DNA of 64,000 bases from Fimbriimonadales bacterium (GTDB taxonomy: Bacteria; Armatimonadota; Fimbriimonadia; Fimbriimonadales; JABRVX01). This document shows, in pieces, positions 50,061 through 60,014 of the stretch; positions within the stretch are counted from its first letter, which is position 1; every line of letters starts with the position of its first letter. The notes below the pieces were generated by a model. It ran no database searches and was not told where the DNA came from. It saw only the letters and a list, made by a program, of their open reading frames with translations. The position numbers were made by a program, and so were the translations under genes. The stretch is taken from the NCBI GenBank assembly GCA_045862955.1, contig BTVI01000006.1, positions 37,703 through 101,702 of the forward strand, in the 5' to 3' direction.

Positions 50061-51095
50061 CTACGGCAACGACAGGCCCTGCTTTTTCAGAGCCTCCTTG
50101 TAGTTGGTCCTGTTGATGATGGTCCCGGTGGTGTACGTCTCCTTCGGGGGCTCTTTGCCTTCCGTGATCCATCGGTACATCATCTCTACGGTGTCGGCAC
50201 CGTGAACCCTCGGCTGCAGCAGCACCGAGGCCACCATTCCGGTCGGTGTGCCCTTCTCCCACTCTGCTGCAGCGAGCGCCCCGTTGATGCCTACTCCGAT
50301 GATGCCGCTCGCGGGAATGCCCCGATTCGAGATGGCGCGGATGCCCCCGAGCACGCCGTCATCGTTGGAGCTGAAGACCACCCACTTGCGGAAGTGGCTG
50401 CGCGCCGTCAACACGCCGTTCGCAGCGTCGCTCGCGGCTGCGATGTCCACTGAGCCGGTCCACGGCGCCTCGAAGATGTTGGCCTCCCTAAACCCGTTCG
50501 CCAGCAGCACTTCCTTGGCGCCCCTAACGCGTTGTCTCGCGGTCTCCAACGCGGGTGCCGTGATTGCTAGCCCGGCAACCTCGTCCGGCTTCCATCCGCG
50601 CCGGCCCATCTCGTCCACGATCGCCTGGCCCACCTGCTTGCCGATGTTGTAGGCGTCAATGCCGAGATGAGGGATGTCGGTGAGAGGTTGGCCGTCTCCA
50701 CCGACGAGTCGGTCGTCCACGCTCATCAGCTTCATGTTGTGCCTCGCGGCCGCCGCCTTGATGGCGCTACCGAGCTGCACCTCGGGAGAGCAGATGATGA
50801 TGCCTTGGCAGCCGTTCGTAGCCATCGAATCGATGGTGGTGAGGACGGCGTTGCCGTTGAGCGCCTCTTGGACGATGATCTCGACCCCCAATTCCTTCGC
50901 CTTCTCCTTCGCGAAGTTCGTTTCGCTCTGAAACCAGCTGTCGGCCATGGACTTGACGATGAAGCCGATCTTGACGTGCTTAGGGCCGCCGCCTGGCTCC
51001 GGCGACTTCTGGCCCGTGCCGTTCTCACCGGCTGGGTTACAACCGAACAGCAGCAGGCCGAGGGCAGCGACGACGAGTGACGCGGTTCTAGGCAT
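50061..51095 (-). CDS. araF: arabinose-type ABC substrate-binding lipoprotein
   Basis: Lipobox LLFGC; KIGFIVK...WFQSE, KLMSVDDRL, IIGVGING resemble AraF. Confidence 0.82.
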   Translation of the reverse strand: MPRTASLVVAALGLLLFGCNPAGENGTGQKSPEPGGGPKHVKIGFIVKSMADSWFQSETNFAKEKAKELGVEIIVQEALNGNAVLTTIDSMATNGCQGIIICSPEVQLGSAIKAAAARHNMKLMSVDDRLVGGDGQPLTDIPHLGIDAYNIGKQVGQAIVDEMGRRGWKPDEVAGLAITAPALETARQRVRGAKEVLLANGFREANIFEAPWTGSVDIAAASDAANGVLTARSHFRKWVVFSSNDDGVLGGIRAISNRGIPASGIIGVGINGALAAAEWEKGTPTGMVASVLLQPRVHGADTVEMMYRWITEGKEPPKETYTTGTIINRTNYKEALKKQGLSLP

Positions 51096-51206
51096 GGCAG
51101 CACTCCTTTGGGCGGATTCCGTGGCCGGGGGTACCGACGCTGCGAAGAGTGTTCGCCTCGCACCACGGATCGCCTGCTCGGAGCGAGGCTCCGGCGGCAT
51201 ACGTAA

Positions 51207-51281
51207 TGGTGGGCCCGGCAGGATTCGAACCTGCGACCAAGCGGTTATGAGCCGCCCGCTCTACCCCTGAGCTACGAGCCC
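51207..51281 (-). tRNA. tRNA with CAT anticodon (likely Ile2, otherwise elongator Met)
   Basis: GGGCTCG...GGCGG-CTCATAA-CCGCT...GGTTCGAATCC...CGGGCCC-ACCA; lacks the initiator C1 mismatch. Confidence 0.92.
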
Positions 51282-51333
51282 ACGCGCACCCGATTCTAGC
51301 ACCCTCCGAGTCTGCGCTCGCCTATAGGAGAAG

Positions 51334-52704
51334 CTAGCCGGCAACGAGAAGTGGCATGATCGTCGAAACGTCTGCACACTGCTCCAGGTTCATTACGGCC
51401 TCTCGGATCGCATCGCATCGCGCCTTGCCGAACGCTCCCGCTGCGAGCGCCTCGAACTTCACGCGGATTTCCTCCACCGTCATCGGGTCGCGGAAATCAC
51501 CTTTCGGCACGTCCACGCGCTCGGCGAAGGACCTTCCATCCTTCAGCGTCACGGTCACGCGAGAGGGTTGGATCTCCGGGAAGAGCTTCTCGAACTCCTC
51601 GTTGGCGACGGCTTTGACCGTATCCATCAGTGGATGCAGTGCGGGGTCGGCGATGCGCTGCGCAGTGAACTGCAACGGGGTGACCTGTCTATCAGCCAGT
51701 GCGACGGCAAGGCAGTAAGGCAGGCTGTGATCCGCCGTCTCCTTGGATGCGGGCCGATACTTGGCCGGGTCGGAGAGGATATCGGCTGCCCTCGCGATGG
51801 TCTCCACACGAATCTCTTGGACCTGGTCAGGACGGATGTCGTGAGCGTTCACGAGGCGAAGCAGCGCGGTGACCGGGGAGTGGGACAGGGCCTCGATGGG
51901 GAACGCCTTCATCCCGCACTTCGGGATCCGATAGTCGCGGCCCAGGCTTTCGGTGAGGAGCTCGGTTTTCCAGTCTGGCCCCAGGCAGTGCATCAGCCCT
52001 TCCTTGCCGTCCAGCACGTGCTCCGGCCCGGTGTAGCCTTTTTCGGCGAGTAACGCTGCGGTCACTCCGGCCTGCGTCGCCATCGGGTCAACTGTATTCT
52101 TCATCATCGTCAGCTTGCCGGCGGTTACCGCGCCCAGCGTGGCCGAGTGCGATGCGGAGATTCCCACGGCATGCTGGATTTGCGTCGCGCTCAGCCCGAG
52201 TGCCCGGCCGACCGCGATGGGAGCGGCGAATGCGGTCAGCGTCGCATGGTGCCAACCACGCTCACGGATCCCCGGCTGCCCGAACTCGCAGAGCCTCATC
52301 TCCATCTCGTAGGCGATGACGGTTGCCACGATGAGTTCCTTGCCGGAAAGCCGCTTCCACTCGCAGATTGCTAGCGGACCAGAGAGGATGTCCGACGGAT
52401 GGCAAGGGTCGGCCTTCCAATAGATGTCGTTGTAGTCCATTGCTCGGATGGCCAGTGCGTTGAACAGAGACGCATTCACGGCCGAAGTGCGATAGCCGGT
52501 GCCTATGCAGGTGCAGTGTGGGTTGCCGCCCATATCTTGCAGGTGGTGCAGCAGTAGCTCACAGTCCTCTTGCCGATAGCCCCCGAGCGCGCAGCCGATG
52601 GAGTCGTACAGGAACCGCTTGGCGGCGTCCACCGCATCGGGAGTGAGGTCTTCGTATCGCAGCCCGGCGGCCCACTCCGCCAAGCGATATGTGATTGTGG
52701 CCAT
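51334..52704 (-). CDS. prpD: MmgE/PrpD family protein (2-methylcitrate dehydratase-like)
   Basis: LYDSIGCALG, RAMDYND, HPSD, RGWHHAT, ETADHSLPY. Confidence 0.88.
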   Translation of the reverse strand: MATITYRLAEWAAGLRYEDLTPDAVDAAKRFLYDSIGCALGGYRQEDCELLLHHLQDMGGNPHCTCIGTGYRTSAVNASLFNALAIRAMDYNDIYWKADPCHPSDILSGPLAICEWKRLSGKELIVATVIAYEMEMRLCEFGQPGIRERGWHHATLTAFAAPIAVGRALGLSATQIQHAVGISASHSATLGAVTAGKLTMMKNTVDPMATQAGVTAALLAEKGYTGPEHVLDGKEGLMHCLGPDWKTELLTESLGRDYRIPKCGMKAFPIEALSHSPVTALLRLVNAHDIRPDQVQEIRVETIARAADILSDPAKYRPASKETADHSLPYCLAVALADRQVTPLQFTAQRIADPALHPLMDTVKAVANEEFEKLFPEIQPSRVTVTLKDGRSFAERVDVPKGDFRDPMTVEEIRVKFEALAAGAFGKARCDAIREAVMNLEQCADVSTIMPLLVAG

Positions 52705-52756
52705 CGCATTACCCCTTCGTATTGCGTGTCTTCGAGCAGCGTCGCTCGTGAATCCC

Positions 52757-52832
52757 TGGTGAGCCGGCTGGGACTCGAACCCAGGACCCACGGCTTAAAA
52801 GGCCGTTGCTCTACCTACTGAGCTACCGGCTC
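52757..52832 (-). tRNA. tRNA-Lys(TTT)
   Basis: GAGCCGG acceptor stem, ACGGC-CTTTTAA-GCCGT anticodon arm, GGTTCGAG T-loop, CCA end. Confidence 0.96.
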
Positions 52833-52878
52833 CGGGCGCGAATCCTACCTGTCTGACTTGGTGCAAAGTCAAAGACGA

Positions 52879-52907
52879 TGCGGGACGCCGGGTGCCGGCG
52901 TCCCGCA
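52879..52907 (-). terminator. hairpin downstream of subtilase
   Basis: TGCGGGACGCCGG-GTG-CCGGCGTCCCGCA. Confidence 0.6.
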
Positions 52908-52928
52908 AGTTCGAGTCGCGGCCGACCT

Positions 52929-54575
52929 TTAGTTGCTGGTCAACTTAACCTGGAGCAGGTCGGTATAGACGGAGTGCGACTGGCTCGAGGAGGTATTAAC
53001 GAGCACGCGCACTTGGTTGGACGATGAGACGTAGCTGGATACCGGGCTCGGGAAGTTGATGGTCCGGAACGTCTCGGTGGTGGTAAGACTCGCGCCAGTC
53101 AACGCATTGTCCCAGCGAGCGAGCGGCCAGTTGTACACTTGCACGGTAAGGCTCACGGACCTCGAGGCCTTGGCGCTGAGTTCGATGACGCCGCTTGCCC
53201 AGCTCGCTGCCGACACGGTGTATTCGGCATAGTATTCGGTTACGCGCGCCGAGCCCGACTGGACCGCGGACATCTGTACGTACAGGTTGTCGTCATCATG
53301 AAGTAGGGTTGGATCGCCTAGCTGCATGGTGCCTCGTACTCGGACGACGTTGGTCGCATCGAAGGTGCTGGTCTGTCCGCCGCCCCCTCCGCCGAGCTGA
53401 GCCATCGCGGCACCGATATCGATCCTGCCCTTGGCTACCCACGAGCCGACGTAGACCGCCGTGCTCTCGAGCAGATTGCGCACTTGGGTAGCGGTAGCAT
53501 TGCTTCGGGCGCCACCGATCTTGCTGTACAGCAGCGCGGCTGCGCCGGCCACATGCGGCGAGGCCATCGAAGTGCCAGAGAGGTTCGCGTAACCGGAACC
53601 GTAGGTCGAGTAGATGGTGTTGCCCGGTGCGGCTACGTCTACCCACGAAGCGCCATAGTTCGAGAACGACGAGCGCGCGTCGTTGCTGTCGGTAGAGGCG
53701 ACGGCGATCGCGTTCGTGTATGCGGCTGGATAGAACATCGTGGTGTTGCCGTTGTTGCCTGCCGCACAACACACGACGACGCCGTTATTCCACGCGTTGT
53801 CCACGGCGCTTTGAAGAGTGCTGGAGCTACTCGTGCTTCCTAGGCTCAGGTTGATCACCTTCGCACCGTTGTTCGTAGCGTAGTTGATGCCGGAGGCAAC
53901 GTTCGTGAGGGTACCGGAGCCGTTCGACCCGAGGACCTTGACGGCCATGAGCTTGCAATTGAATCCGACGCCGGCAATGCCCGTGGCGTTATTGGTCTCT
54001 GCGGCGGCGATGCCGGCGCAGTGGGTTCCGTGCCCATTGTCGTCCATCGGATTGCTATCGCCATTGTGGTAGTCGTACCCGCCGACGTACTTGTCGTTGA
54101 GATCCGGGTGGTTGTAGTTGATGCCGGTATCCACGATAGCGATGACTGTTCCTGCGTCCCCCTGGCCGTAGTTCCAGGCCACGTCACAACGAATCTTCTT
54201 GGGCCCCCACTGGTTGGCCCAGTACGTGTCGTTCGGCGTGAAGGCCGTGTAAAGGATATAGTCGGGCTCGGCAAAGCGGACCTTCGGGTCCGCACTGACC
54301 GTTCGGATGACCGAGAACACGTCGCGCTCGGCCGGGTACTCGATGAGAGCCACACCGATCTCCGGTAGAAGCCGGGCTACGGTGCCCCCGAATAGCTGGT
54401 CCCCCGGCTGGACGGGGGGTAACACGCCACCCTGAAATCCGACCAGCACGTGCCCCTTCACATAGGCGCTCCCGTCGGGAGCGACAGCCACTTGGTATGC
54501 CGGGGCCTGAGCGAAGACCTGAGCCGAGACGAGAACGAAGAGGCCGATCGCTGCCGACCACTTTCCAGAAGCCAT
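52929..54575 (-). CDS. S8 subtilase (thermitase-like) with C-terminal beta domain
   Basis: IVDTG, HGTHCAG and GTSMASPHVAG catalytic triad motifs; signal peptide. Confidence 0.94.
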   Translation of the reverse strand: MASGKWSAAIGLFVLVSAQVFAQAPAYQVAVAPDGSAYVKGHVLVGFQGGVLPPVQPGDQLFGGTVARLLPEIGVALIEYPAERDVFSVIRTVSADPKVRFAEPDYILYTAFTPNDTYWANQWGPKKIRCDVAWNYGQGDAGTVIAIVDTGINYNHPDLNDKYVGGYDYHNGDSNPMDDNGHGTHCAGIAAAETNNATGIAGVGFNCKLMAVKVLGSNGSGTLTNVASGINYATNNGAKVINLSLGSTSSSSTLQSAVDNAWNNGVVVCCAAGNNGNTTMFYPAAYTNAIAVASTDSNDARSSFSNYGASWVDVAAPGNTIYSTYGSGYANLSGTSMASPHVAGAAALLYSKIGGARSNATATQVRNLLESTAVYVGSWVAKGRIDIGAAMAQLGGGGGGQTSTFDATNVVRVRGTMQLGDPTLLHDDDNLYVQMSAVQSGSARVTEYYAEYTVSAASWASGVIELSAKASRSVSLTVQVYNWPLARWDNALTGASLTTTETFRTINFPSPVSSYVSSSNQVRVLVNTSSSQSHSVYTDLLQVKLTSN

Positions 54576-54894
54576 ATTCTTCGAACTCCTTACACCAGAG
54601 TAGTTTGGCGCGCGGTGCGCAAGAGCGTGACACGGCACCTTCGTCGAGGGTGGTTCGAAGCACGCACGACGTTAGAAAACCCTGAATCGGTGCCTGGTAG
54701 AAGTATACGACGATCGGCCCATTAGTGCAAGAACCGAGTTTCTTCGATCCGAGTCCCGGTCATCTCGCCAGGTTCGAAGTAAGAATGCTCCCCTGCCCTG
54801 TCCGTAGCGCCCCTTTTTCCCACAGTAGCCCCTACCAATTTGGCACGAAGTGTGTTACCATGTACACGAAGTCAAGCAAAGGAGGGGTCTTGTA

Positions 54895-55587
54895 ATGAAA
54901 GCGAAGCTAACCTCTCTTTGTATTGCCGCCGCGGCGACCTTCGTGCTCTCGGGCGCGGCCTTCGCAGCGTGGTCGGATAACTTCGATTCGTATGCTACGG
55001 GTTCTAACCTGAATGGCCAGGGCGGCTGGTTCGGTTGGGACGGCGTGGCCACTTGTGGCACCGTCGTCAGCACCTTTGCACTCAGCGGCCCGAACTCAGT
55101 GGAGATCGACAACGCGGACGATACGGTCCACGCTTACACCGGCGTTAGCTCCGGCGCTTGGACCTACAGCGCGTGGATGTTCATCCCAGATAACTTCACC
55201 GGCAAGACTTACTTCATCTTGCTGAACACGTACAACAACGGTGGGCCGTATAGCTGGAGCGTCCAGCTCACGTTCGATGCCGCCACCGGCAAAGTCACCG
55301 ACGACATCGGGTCGGGGTCGAGCCTGCCTTACATCGTGAACGCGTGGACGGAGATCAGGGTCGAATTGAACCTTACGGCCGACACCAAGTCCATCTACTA
55401 CGGTGGCACCCTGCTCGGCTCCAGTGGCTGGAAGAACGACGGCGTGCTGAACCTCGCTGCCGTGGACCTCTACAGTGAGGGCTCTCCAGTCTACTACGAT
55501 AACCTGTCGCTCGTCCCCGAGCCAGGCACGATCGCCGCGCTGGCGCTCGGTCTCGGCGCGCTCGTGATTCGGCGCAAACGGTCATAA
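54895..55587 (+). CDS. PEP-CTERM sorting domain protein
   Basis: GGAGG RBS; signal peptide; VPEPGTIAALALGLGALVIRRKRS. Confidence 0.9.
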   Translation: MKAKLTSLCIAAAATFVLSGAAFAAWSDNFDSYATGSNLNGQGGWFGWDGVATCGTVVSTFALSGPNSVEIDNADDTVHAYTGVSSGAWTYSAWMFIPDNFTGKTYFILLNTYNNGGPYSWSVQLTFDAATGKVTDDIGSGSSLPYIVNAWTEIRVELNLTADTKSIYYGGTLLGSSGWKNDGVLNLAAVDLYSEGSPVYYDNLSLVPEPGTIAALALGLGALVIRRKRS

Positions 55588-55699
55588 CCGTTACAGATCG
55601 ATAAAATGCTGGGCCGCCCGATGCCCTCCGGCGTCGGACGGCTTAGCGTTGGCCCACTTCGCTTGGCGCATAGCCTCGGTGCTGTGGCACAATCCCGGC

Positions 55700-57175
55700 A
55701 TGTCCGTTCGCGTTCGCTATGCCCCCAGCCCGACCGGGTCTCCCCACGTCGGCAACATCCGCACTGCGCTGTTCGACTGGCTTCTCGCACGCCATACCCC
55801 CGGCGGTAAGTTCATCCTCCGCATCGAGGACACGGATCGAGCCCGAGAAGTCCCTGGTGCACGCGAGGAGATCATGGAGAGCCTGCGGTGGCTCGGCCTA
55901 GACTGGGATGAGGGGCCGGGCGTGGGAGGGCCGTTCGGGCCCTATCTTCAGAGCGAGCGATTAGATATCTATCGAGAGCAGATCGCCATATTACTGGCGA
56001 AGGGTGCCGCCTACAAGTGCTTCTGCACCCCCGAGCGCCTCGCTGCGCTTCGCGAGGCGCAGGAGAAAAACAAACAGCCCACCATGTACGACCGCACCTG
56101 CCGCAAGCTATCGGGCGAAGAAGCGAGACGCCGCGAGAGTGCGGGCGAGCCCTACGTGATCCGACAGGCACTGCCGACCGAGGGCACTACGGTGGTGCAA
56201 GACTATCTGCGAGGCCCAATCGAATTCGAGAACGCCCTGCTAGACGACCCCGTCTTGATCAAGTCGGACGGCATGCCGACCTACCACTTTGCCGCGATGG
56301 TGGACGATCACCTGATGCAGATAACCCACGTGATCCGGGCGGAGGAATGGATTAGCAGCGCACCCAAGCACGCCCAGCTCTTCATGGCCTTCGGTTGGGA
56401 ACAGCCGGTCTGGGTTCATCCGTCGATCATCCTCGGCCCCGACAAGAAGCGCCTCAGCAAGCGGCACGGTGCCACGGCGGTCCTGGAGTTCCGTAACGAG
56501 GGGTTCTTGCCCGACGCTCTGGTCAACTTCCTCGCACTGTGCGGCTGGGCCCCGGGCGACGACCGAGAGGTCATGACGCGCGACGAGTTGATCGAGGCCT
56601 TCTCGCTGGACGGCATCCAGACCAGTCCCGCCATCTTCGACCACGAGAAGCTACGGTGGATGAACGGGGTGTACATCCGTCAGCTGGCACCGGAACGATT
56701 CGTCGAGCTGTGCAGGCCCTATTTGGTCGAGGCGAAGCTCGTGCCGGAAACCGCCGACGAAGAGGGCTTAGCGTACCAGCGGCGCGTGCTGGTACTCGAA
56801 CAGGAGCGTATTCGCACTCTTCCGGAAATTGCCGACGCAGTGTCTTTCTTCTTCCGCGACGACTACCCGTTCGACGACAAGGGAGTGGACAAGTGGTTCC
56901 GCAAGCACGATGGACGCGCTACGTTAGCGGCAGCAGCCAATAGGCTGCGGGCACTCGGCACCTGGACGCACGACGACTTGGAGGCTGCCGTCGAGGGCGC
57001 TGCCGCAGACCTCGGCTTGGAGAAGCGCGCACCCGTAATCCACGTCCTGCGCATCGCGCTGACGGGACGAACCGCGGGGCCAGGCCTGTTCGAGCTGATG
57101 GAAGCAATGGGACGAGAGCGGGTCCTCGCGCGAATCGAGCGCGCCACTGCAGCCCTGGAGGTAACGCACGCATGA
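55700..57175 (+). CDS. gltX: glutamate--tRNA ligase
   Basis: RYAPSPTGSPHVGN, LRIEDTD, CxC, ITHVIRAEEW, RLSKRHG. Confidence 0.97.
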   Translation: MSVRVRYAPSPTGSPHVGNIRTALFDWLLARHTPGGKFILRIEDTDRAREVPGAREEIMESLRWLGLDWDEGPGVGGPFGPYLQSERLDIYREQIAILLAKGAAYKCFCTPERLAALREAQEKNKQPTMYDRTCRKLSGEEARRRESAGEPYVIRQALPTEGTTVVQDYLRGPIEFENALLDDPVLIKSDGMPTYHFAAMVDDHLMQITHVIRAEEWISSAPKHAQLFMAFGWEQPVWVHPSIILGPDKKRLSKRHGATAVLEFRNEGFLPDALVNFLALCGWAPGDDREVMTRDELIEAFSLDGIQTSPAIFDHEKLRWMNGVYIRQLAPERFVELCRPYLVEAKLVPETADEEGLAYQRRVLVLEQERIRTLPEIADAVSFFFRDDYPFDDKGVDKWFRKHDGRATLAAAANRLRALGTWTHDDLEAAVEGAAADLGLEKRAPVIHVLRIALTGRTAGPGLFELMEAMGRERVLARIERATAALEVTHA

Positions 57176-57261
57176 GCCGGCAAGTGAACCGTGCAACCCC
57201 GAGCCCGAGTAACGTGTAGGTATTATGGGCGGCCCGCCAGCGCTGTGCCCCGAGGTGTTCC

Positions 57262-57561
57262 GTGCCGACAGTCGTAGCGATCATTCTGGCCATCGGTGTG
57301 ATGGTTTTTCTCATCCAGCTCGGAGAGGCTCTCACGAAGCGGTCCTCTGCGAAGGCGCGGGGCATCTCCGACAAGGAACTGGACGAACTGCGGAAGCAAA
57401 TGGACTCGTTGCGTCGCGAGCTGACCGAGTTGCGAGAGACTGCCGGCGAGCACGCCCTGAGTGTAGATCGAAGCCTCAGCATGCTAAGCGACAGGCTCGG
57501 ACGCTTGGAGCGGGGTGGTGCTACCGAGCAACTGCAGCAGCGGCTCGGGGGCGAGGTGTGA
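57262..57561 (+). CDS. small TM plus coiled-coil protein
   Basis: TM helix then heptad helix; shares HALSVD...L...RL..LE...QRL with the next gene. Confidence 0.7.
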   Translation: MPTVVAIILAIGVMVFLIQLGEALTKRSSAKARGISDKELDELRKQMDSLRRELTELRETAGEHALSVDRSLSMLSDRLGRLERGGATEQLQQRLGGEV

Positions 57562-57610
57562 TGCCGACGGCTACAGAGCTACGCTGCGCCGGGCACGGGG
57601 AGGCCGAGTG

Positions 57611-57922
57611 ATGAACGTCGAGATTCTGGCCCTACTGATTCCAATCACGGCGTTGTGCATCCCCATCGTAGCGATTCTCACGGTGCATCAGCGCAAGATG
57701 GTCGAGATGCGCGTGCAACTCGAGAGGGATCGCGTGGGCACGGGCTCAGAGGATGTGCGAAGGCTGCGAGAAGAGTTCCAAACGCTGCGCGAAGGGCTGA
57801 CGGCCCATGCGATGAGCGTGGACGAGAACCTGAAGACGCTGGCTTCGCGAGTCGCACACCTGGAGAACAAGGTGAGCGGCACGGGTAGCTCGGAGGGCAC
57901 CATCGAGCAGCGCCTGCGGTAA
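57611..57922 (+). CDS. small TM plus coiled-coil protein (paralog of upstream gene)
   Basis: LIPITALCIPIVAILTVHQRKM; HAMSVDENL...RVAHLE...EQRLR. Confidence 0.75.
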   Translation: MNVEILALLIPITALCIPIVAILTVHQRKMVEMRVQLERDRVGTGSEDVRRLREEFQTLREGLTAHAMSVDENLKTLASRVAHLENKVSGTGSSEGTIEQRLR

Positions 57923-57970
57923 TCTAGCTTTGGCGATCCGGCGATTCCGGCTCGCAGAGGAGGGGTTGTC

Positions 57971-58486
57971 ATGGGTGCTGGACTGGTGCAGACTGGTCAT
58001 ACCTTTCCAGACTTCACACTGCCGGACCTCAGCGGCGAGAACCGATCCACTGCCGAGGCTCGGAGCAAGGGCCTGTTGCTCATTGCGTTCTTCAAAGTCA
58101 ACTGCCCCACGTGCCAGTTGACGTTCCCGTTTCTTCAGAAGCTGGCCGATGCTTGCCCTTCGCTGACCGTCTGGGGGGTGAGCCAGAACGACGCGATGGA
58201 GACGCGGGCGTTCGAACGGGATTTCGGCACGTCTTTCCCCATGCTGCTGGACAAGGGCTTGGAAGTGACTGATCGCTTCGACCTCCAGAGTGTGCCGGCG
58301 ATGTACCTGACGGACGAGTCGGGAGTGGTGCTGGAGTACATGGGAGCGTGGAGCAAGGACTTCATTAACGGGGTCGCTCGGCGAGTGGCCGAGAGAGACG
58401 GCTCGGAGCCGATGATGCCGGTTACCGATGCCGACCGCGTCCCGGCGTTCACGCCTGGCTGAGGGTCGAAGCGTGGGTCCAGGTAG
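57971..58486 (+). CDS. AhpC/TSA/TlpA-like redoxin, probable selenoprotein (UGA at 58460-58462)
   Basis: FFKVNCPTC active site; ...PAFTPG-TGA-GSKRGSR-TAG with a SECIS-like hairpin immediately 3' of the TGA. Confidence 0.8.
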
Positions 58487-58502
58487 GACCGTCGTTTCCC
58501 GA
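58466..58502 (+). promoter_or_regulatory. putative bacterial SECIS element
   Basis: GAAGCG/CGTTTC lower stem, GGTCC/GGACC upper stem, and an AGGTA loop about 20 nt after the UGA. Confidence 0.65.
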
Positions 58503-58554
58503 TTGCGATATTGGTAACTGCTGGGGCGTTGGCGTAGGGGGAGGGGCGATAAAT

Positions 58555-59454
58555 TTGAAGGTTGCACTGACCGGAGCTTCTGGCTTTCTCGGACACTACC
58601 TGACGAAGGAGCTGTTGGACCGTGGGCACCAGGTGAGAGCCCTGGTGCGCGAGTCCAGCCGCCGTGAGCTGCTGAGCAAGTGGGGCGTCGAGATGGTCCC
58701 AGGCGATCTGCACGATGTAGCATCGCTGGAGGCGCTGGTGGACGGGACCGAAGTGGTGCTGCACAACGCGCTGGAGTGGGTGAACTTCACCGAAAGCCCT
58801 CGCGAGGCGTTCGAGACCAACGTCGGTAGGAGCCTGGACCTGTTGGAGTTCGCCCGCAAGCACGGGCGACAGCAGTTCATCTTCGTCAGCTCGATCGCCG
58901 CCCTCGGTGCAGTGGCCCCGGATATTCCGCTCAGCGAGATCCATCCCATCTGGCCGGACACGATTTACGGCACTTGCAAGGCGATGGTGGACGACGCCTG
59001 CACCGGCTATCACCACGTGTACGGAATGAACACCTCGTCCTGGCGCCCTGCTCTGGTTTACGGCGTGGACATGCTAGACCCGAAGCGGGCCACCTGGCGG
59101 AATCTGATCCTTTCGGTCGCGCGCGGCGAGCCATTTTCCAGCGACGAAGGAGGCTCGGTCAACTCCATGGAAGACACCGCGCACGCGATCGTCCTCGCAG
59201 TCGGCAACCCGGCAGTAGCAGGCCAGCAGTACAACGTGGTGGACTGCTACTGCTACAAGCAGCAAGTGGCGCAGTTCGCCAAGGAGTTGAGCGGCAGCAG
59301 CGCGGTGATCGAAGATCGGATAGGAGCGGCGGAGCCGCGTTTCCGAGTGCTATCGGACAAGGCGCGCGCCCTGGGAGCCCGGCTGAACCGCGGCCTCGAT
59401 GGGGTGCGAGAGCACGTGCGGCGGGTGCTGGAGTTGAGCAAGGGCGAGTGGTAA
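58555..59454 (+). CDS. NAD-dependent epimerase/dehydratase
   Basis: LTGASGFLG, FVSSIA, YGTCK, RPALVYG. Confidence 0.9.
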   Translation: MKVALTGASGFLGHYLTKELLDRGHQVRALVRESSRRELLSKWGVEMVPGDLHDVASLEALVDGTEVVLHNALEWVNFTESPREAFETNVGRSLDLLEFARKHGRQQFIFVSSIAALGAVAPDIPLSEIHPIWPDTIYGTCKAMVDDACTGYHHVYGMNTSSWRPALVYGVDMLDPKRATWRNLILSVARGEPFSSDEGGSVNSMEDTAHAIVLAVGNPAVAGQQYNVVDCYCYKQQVAQFAKELSGSSAVIEDRIGAAEPRFRVLSDKARALGARLNRGLDGVREHVRRVLELSKGEW

Positions 59455-59485
59455 GGTCAATGAGAGCGCGCGGCCGGCGGGAACC

Positions 59486-59941
59486 GTCATGCTGAGCCTG
59501 TCGAAGCATGCATCGGTCGGTGGGAGCGTGCTACCGTACGCGACCGTCATGCTGAGCCTGTCGAAGCATGCATCGGTCGGTGGGAGCGCACAGCCGGCGG
59601 GAACCGTCATGCTGAGCCTGTCGAAGCATGCGTCGCTCGGTGGGAGTGCGCAGCCGACGGGAACCGTCATGCTGAGCCTGTCGAAGCATGCATCGGTGAG
59701 TGCCAGAGCCACCTGCTGAAGTCGAGAACGTGCGGCCGGTGGGGTCATGCTTCGACAGGCTCAGCATGACGATAGGCTCAGCATGACGACGAGCTCGGCA
59801 TAGAGGCAGGCTCGGTGCGGCCGGCGGGGTCATGCTTCGACAGGCTCAGCATGACGATAGGCTCAGCATGACGACGAGCTCGGCATGACGACAGGCTCAG
59901 CATGACGACAAGGCCAGCATGACGGCGGGGTAGGCATGACG
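59486..59941. repeat. REP array (family A)
   Basis: Four direct GTCATGCTGAGCCTGTCGAAGCATG copies at 60-bp period (59486, 59546, 59606, 59666); inverted copies at 59746 and 59831; then decaying GGCTCAGCATGAC subrepeats. Confidence 0.9.
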
Positions 59942-60014
59942 GCGCCGGTGATCCATCCTCGGCGGGTGGTAGGGGAGGTCGCGTATGGGCCCTACCCGAC
60001 TAGTCGGGCGGTCC

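Noticed and set aside
51207..52832. prpD as a tRNA-bounded integrative element
   Set aside because: No integrase and no duplicated tRNA 3' end are seen; both tRNAs are complete and different.
59486..59700. CRISPR array (25-bp repeat at 60-bp period)
   Set aside because: The spacers are near-copies of each other, inverted copies follow, the same core occurs as an inverted pair at 27.2 kb, and there are no cas genes. It is a REP array.
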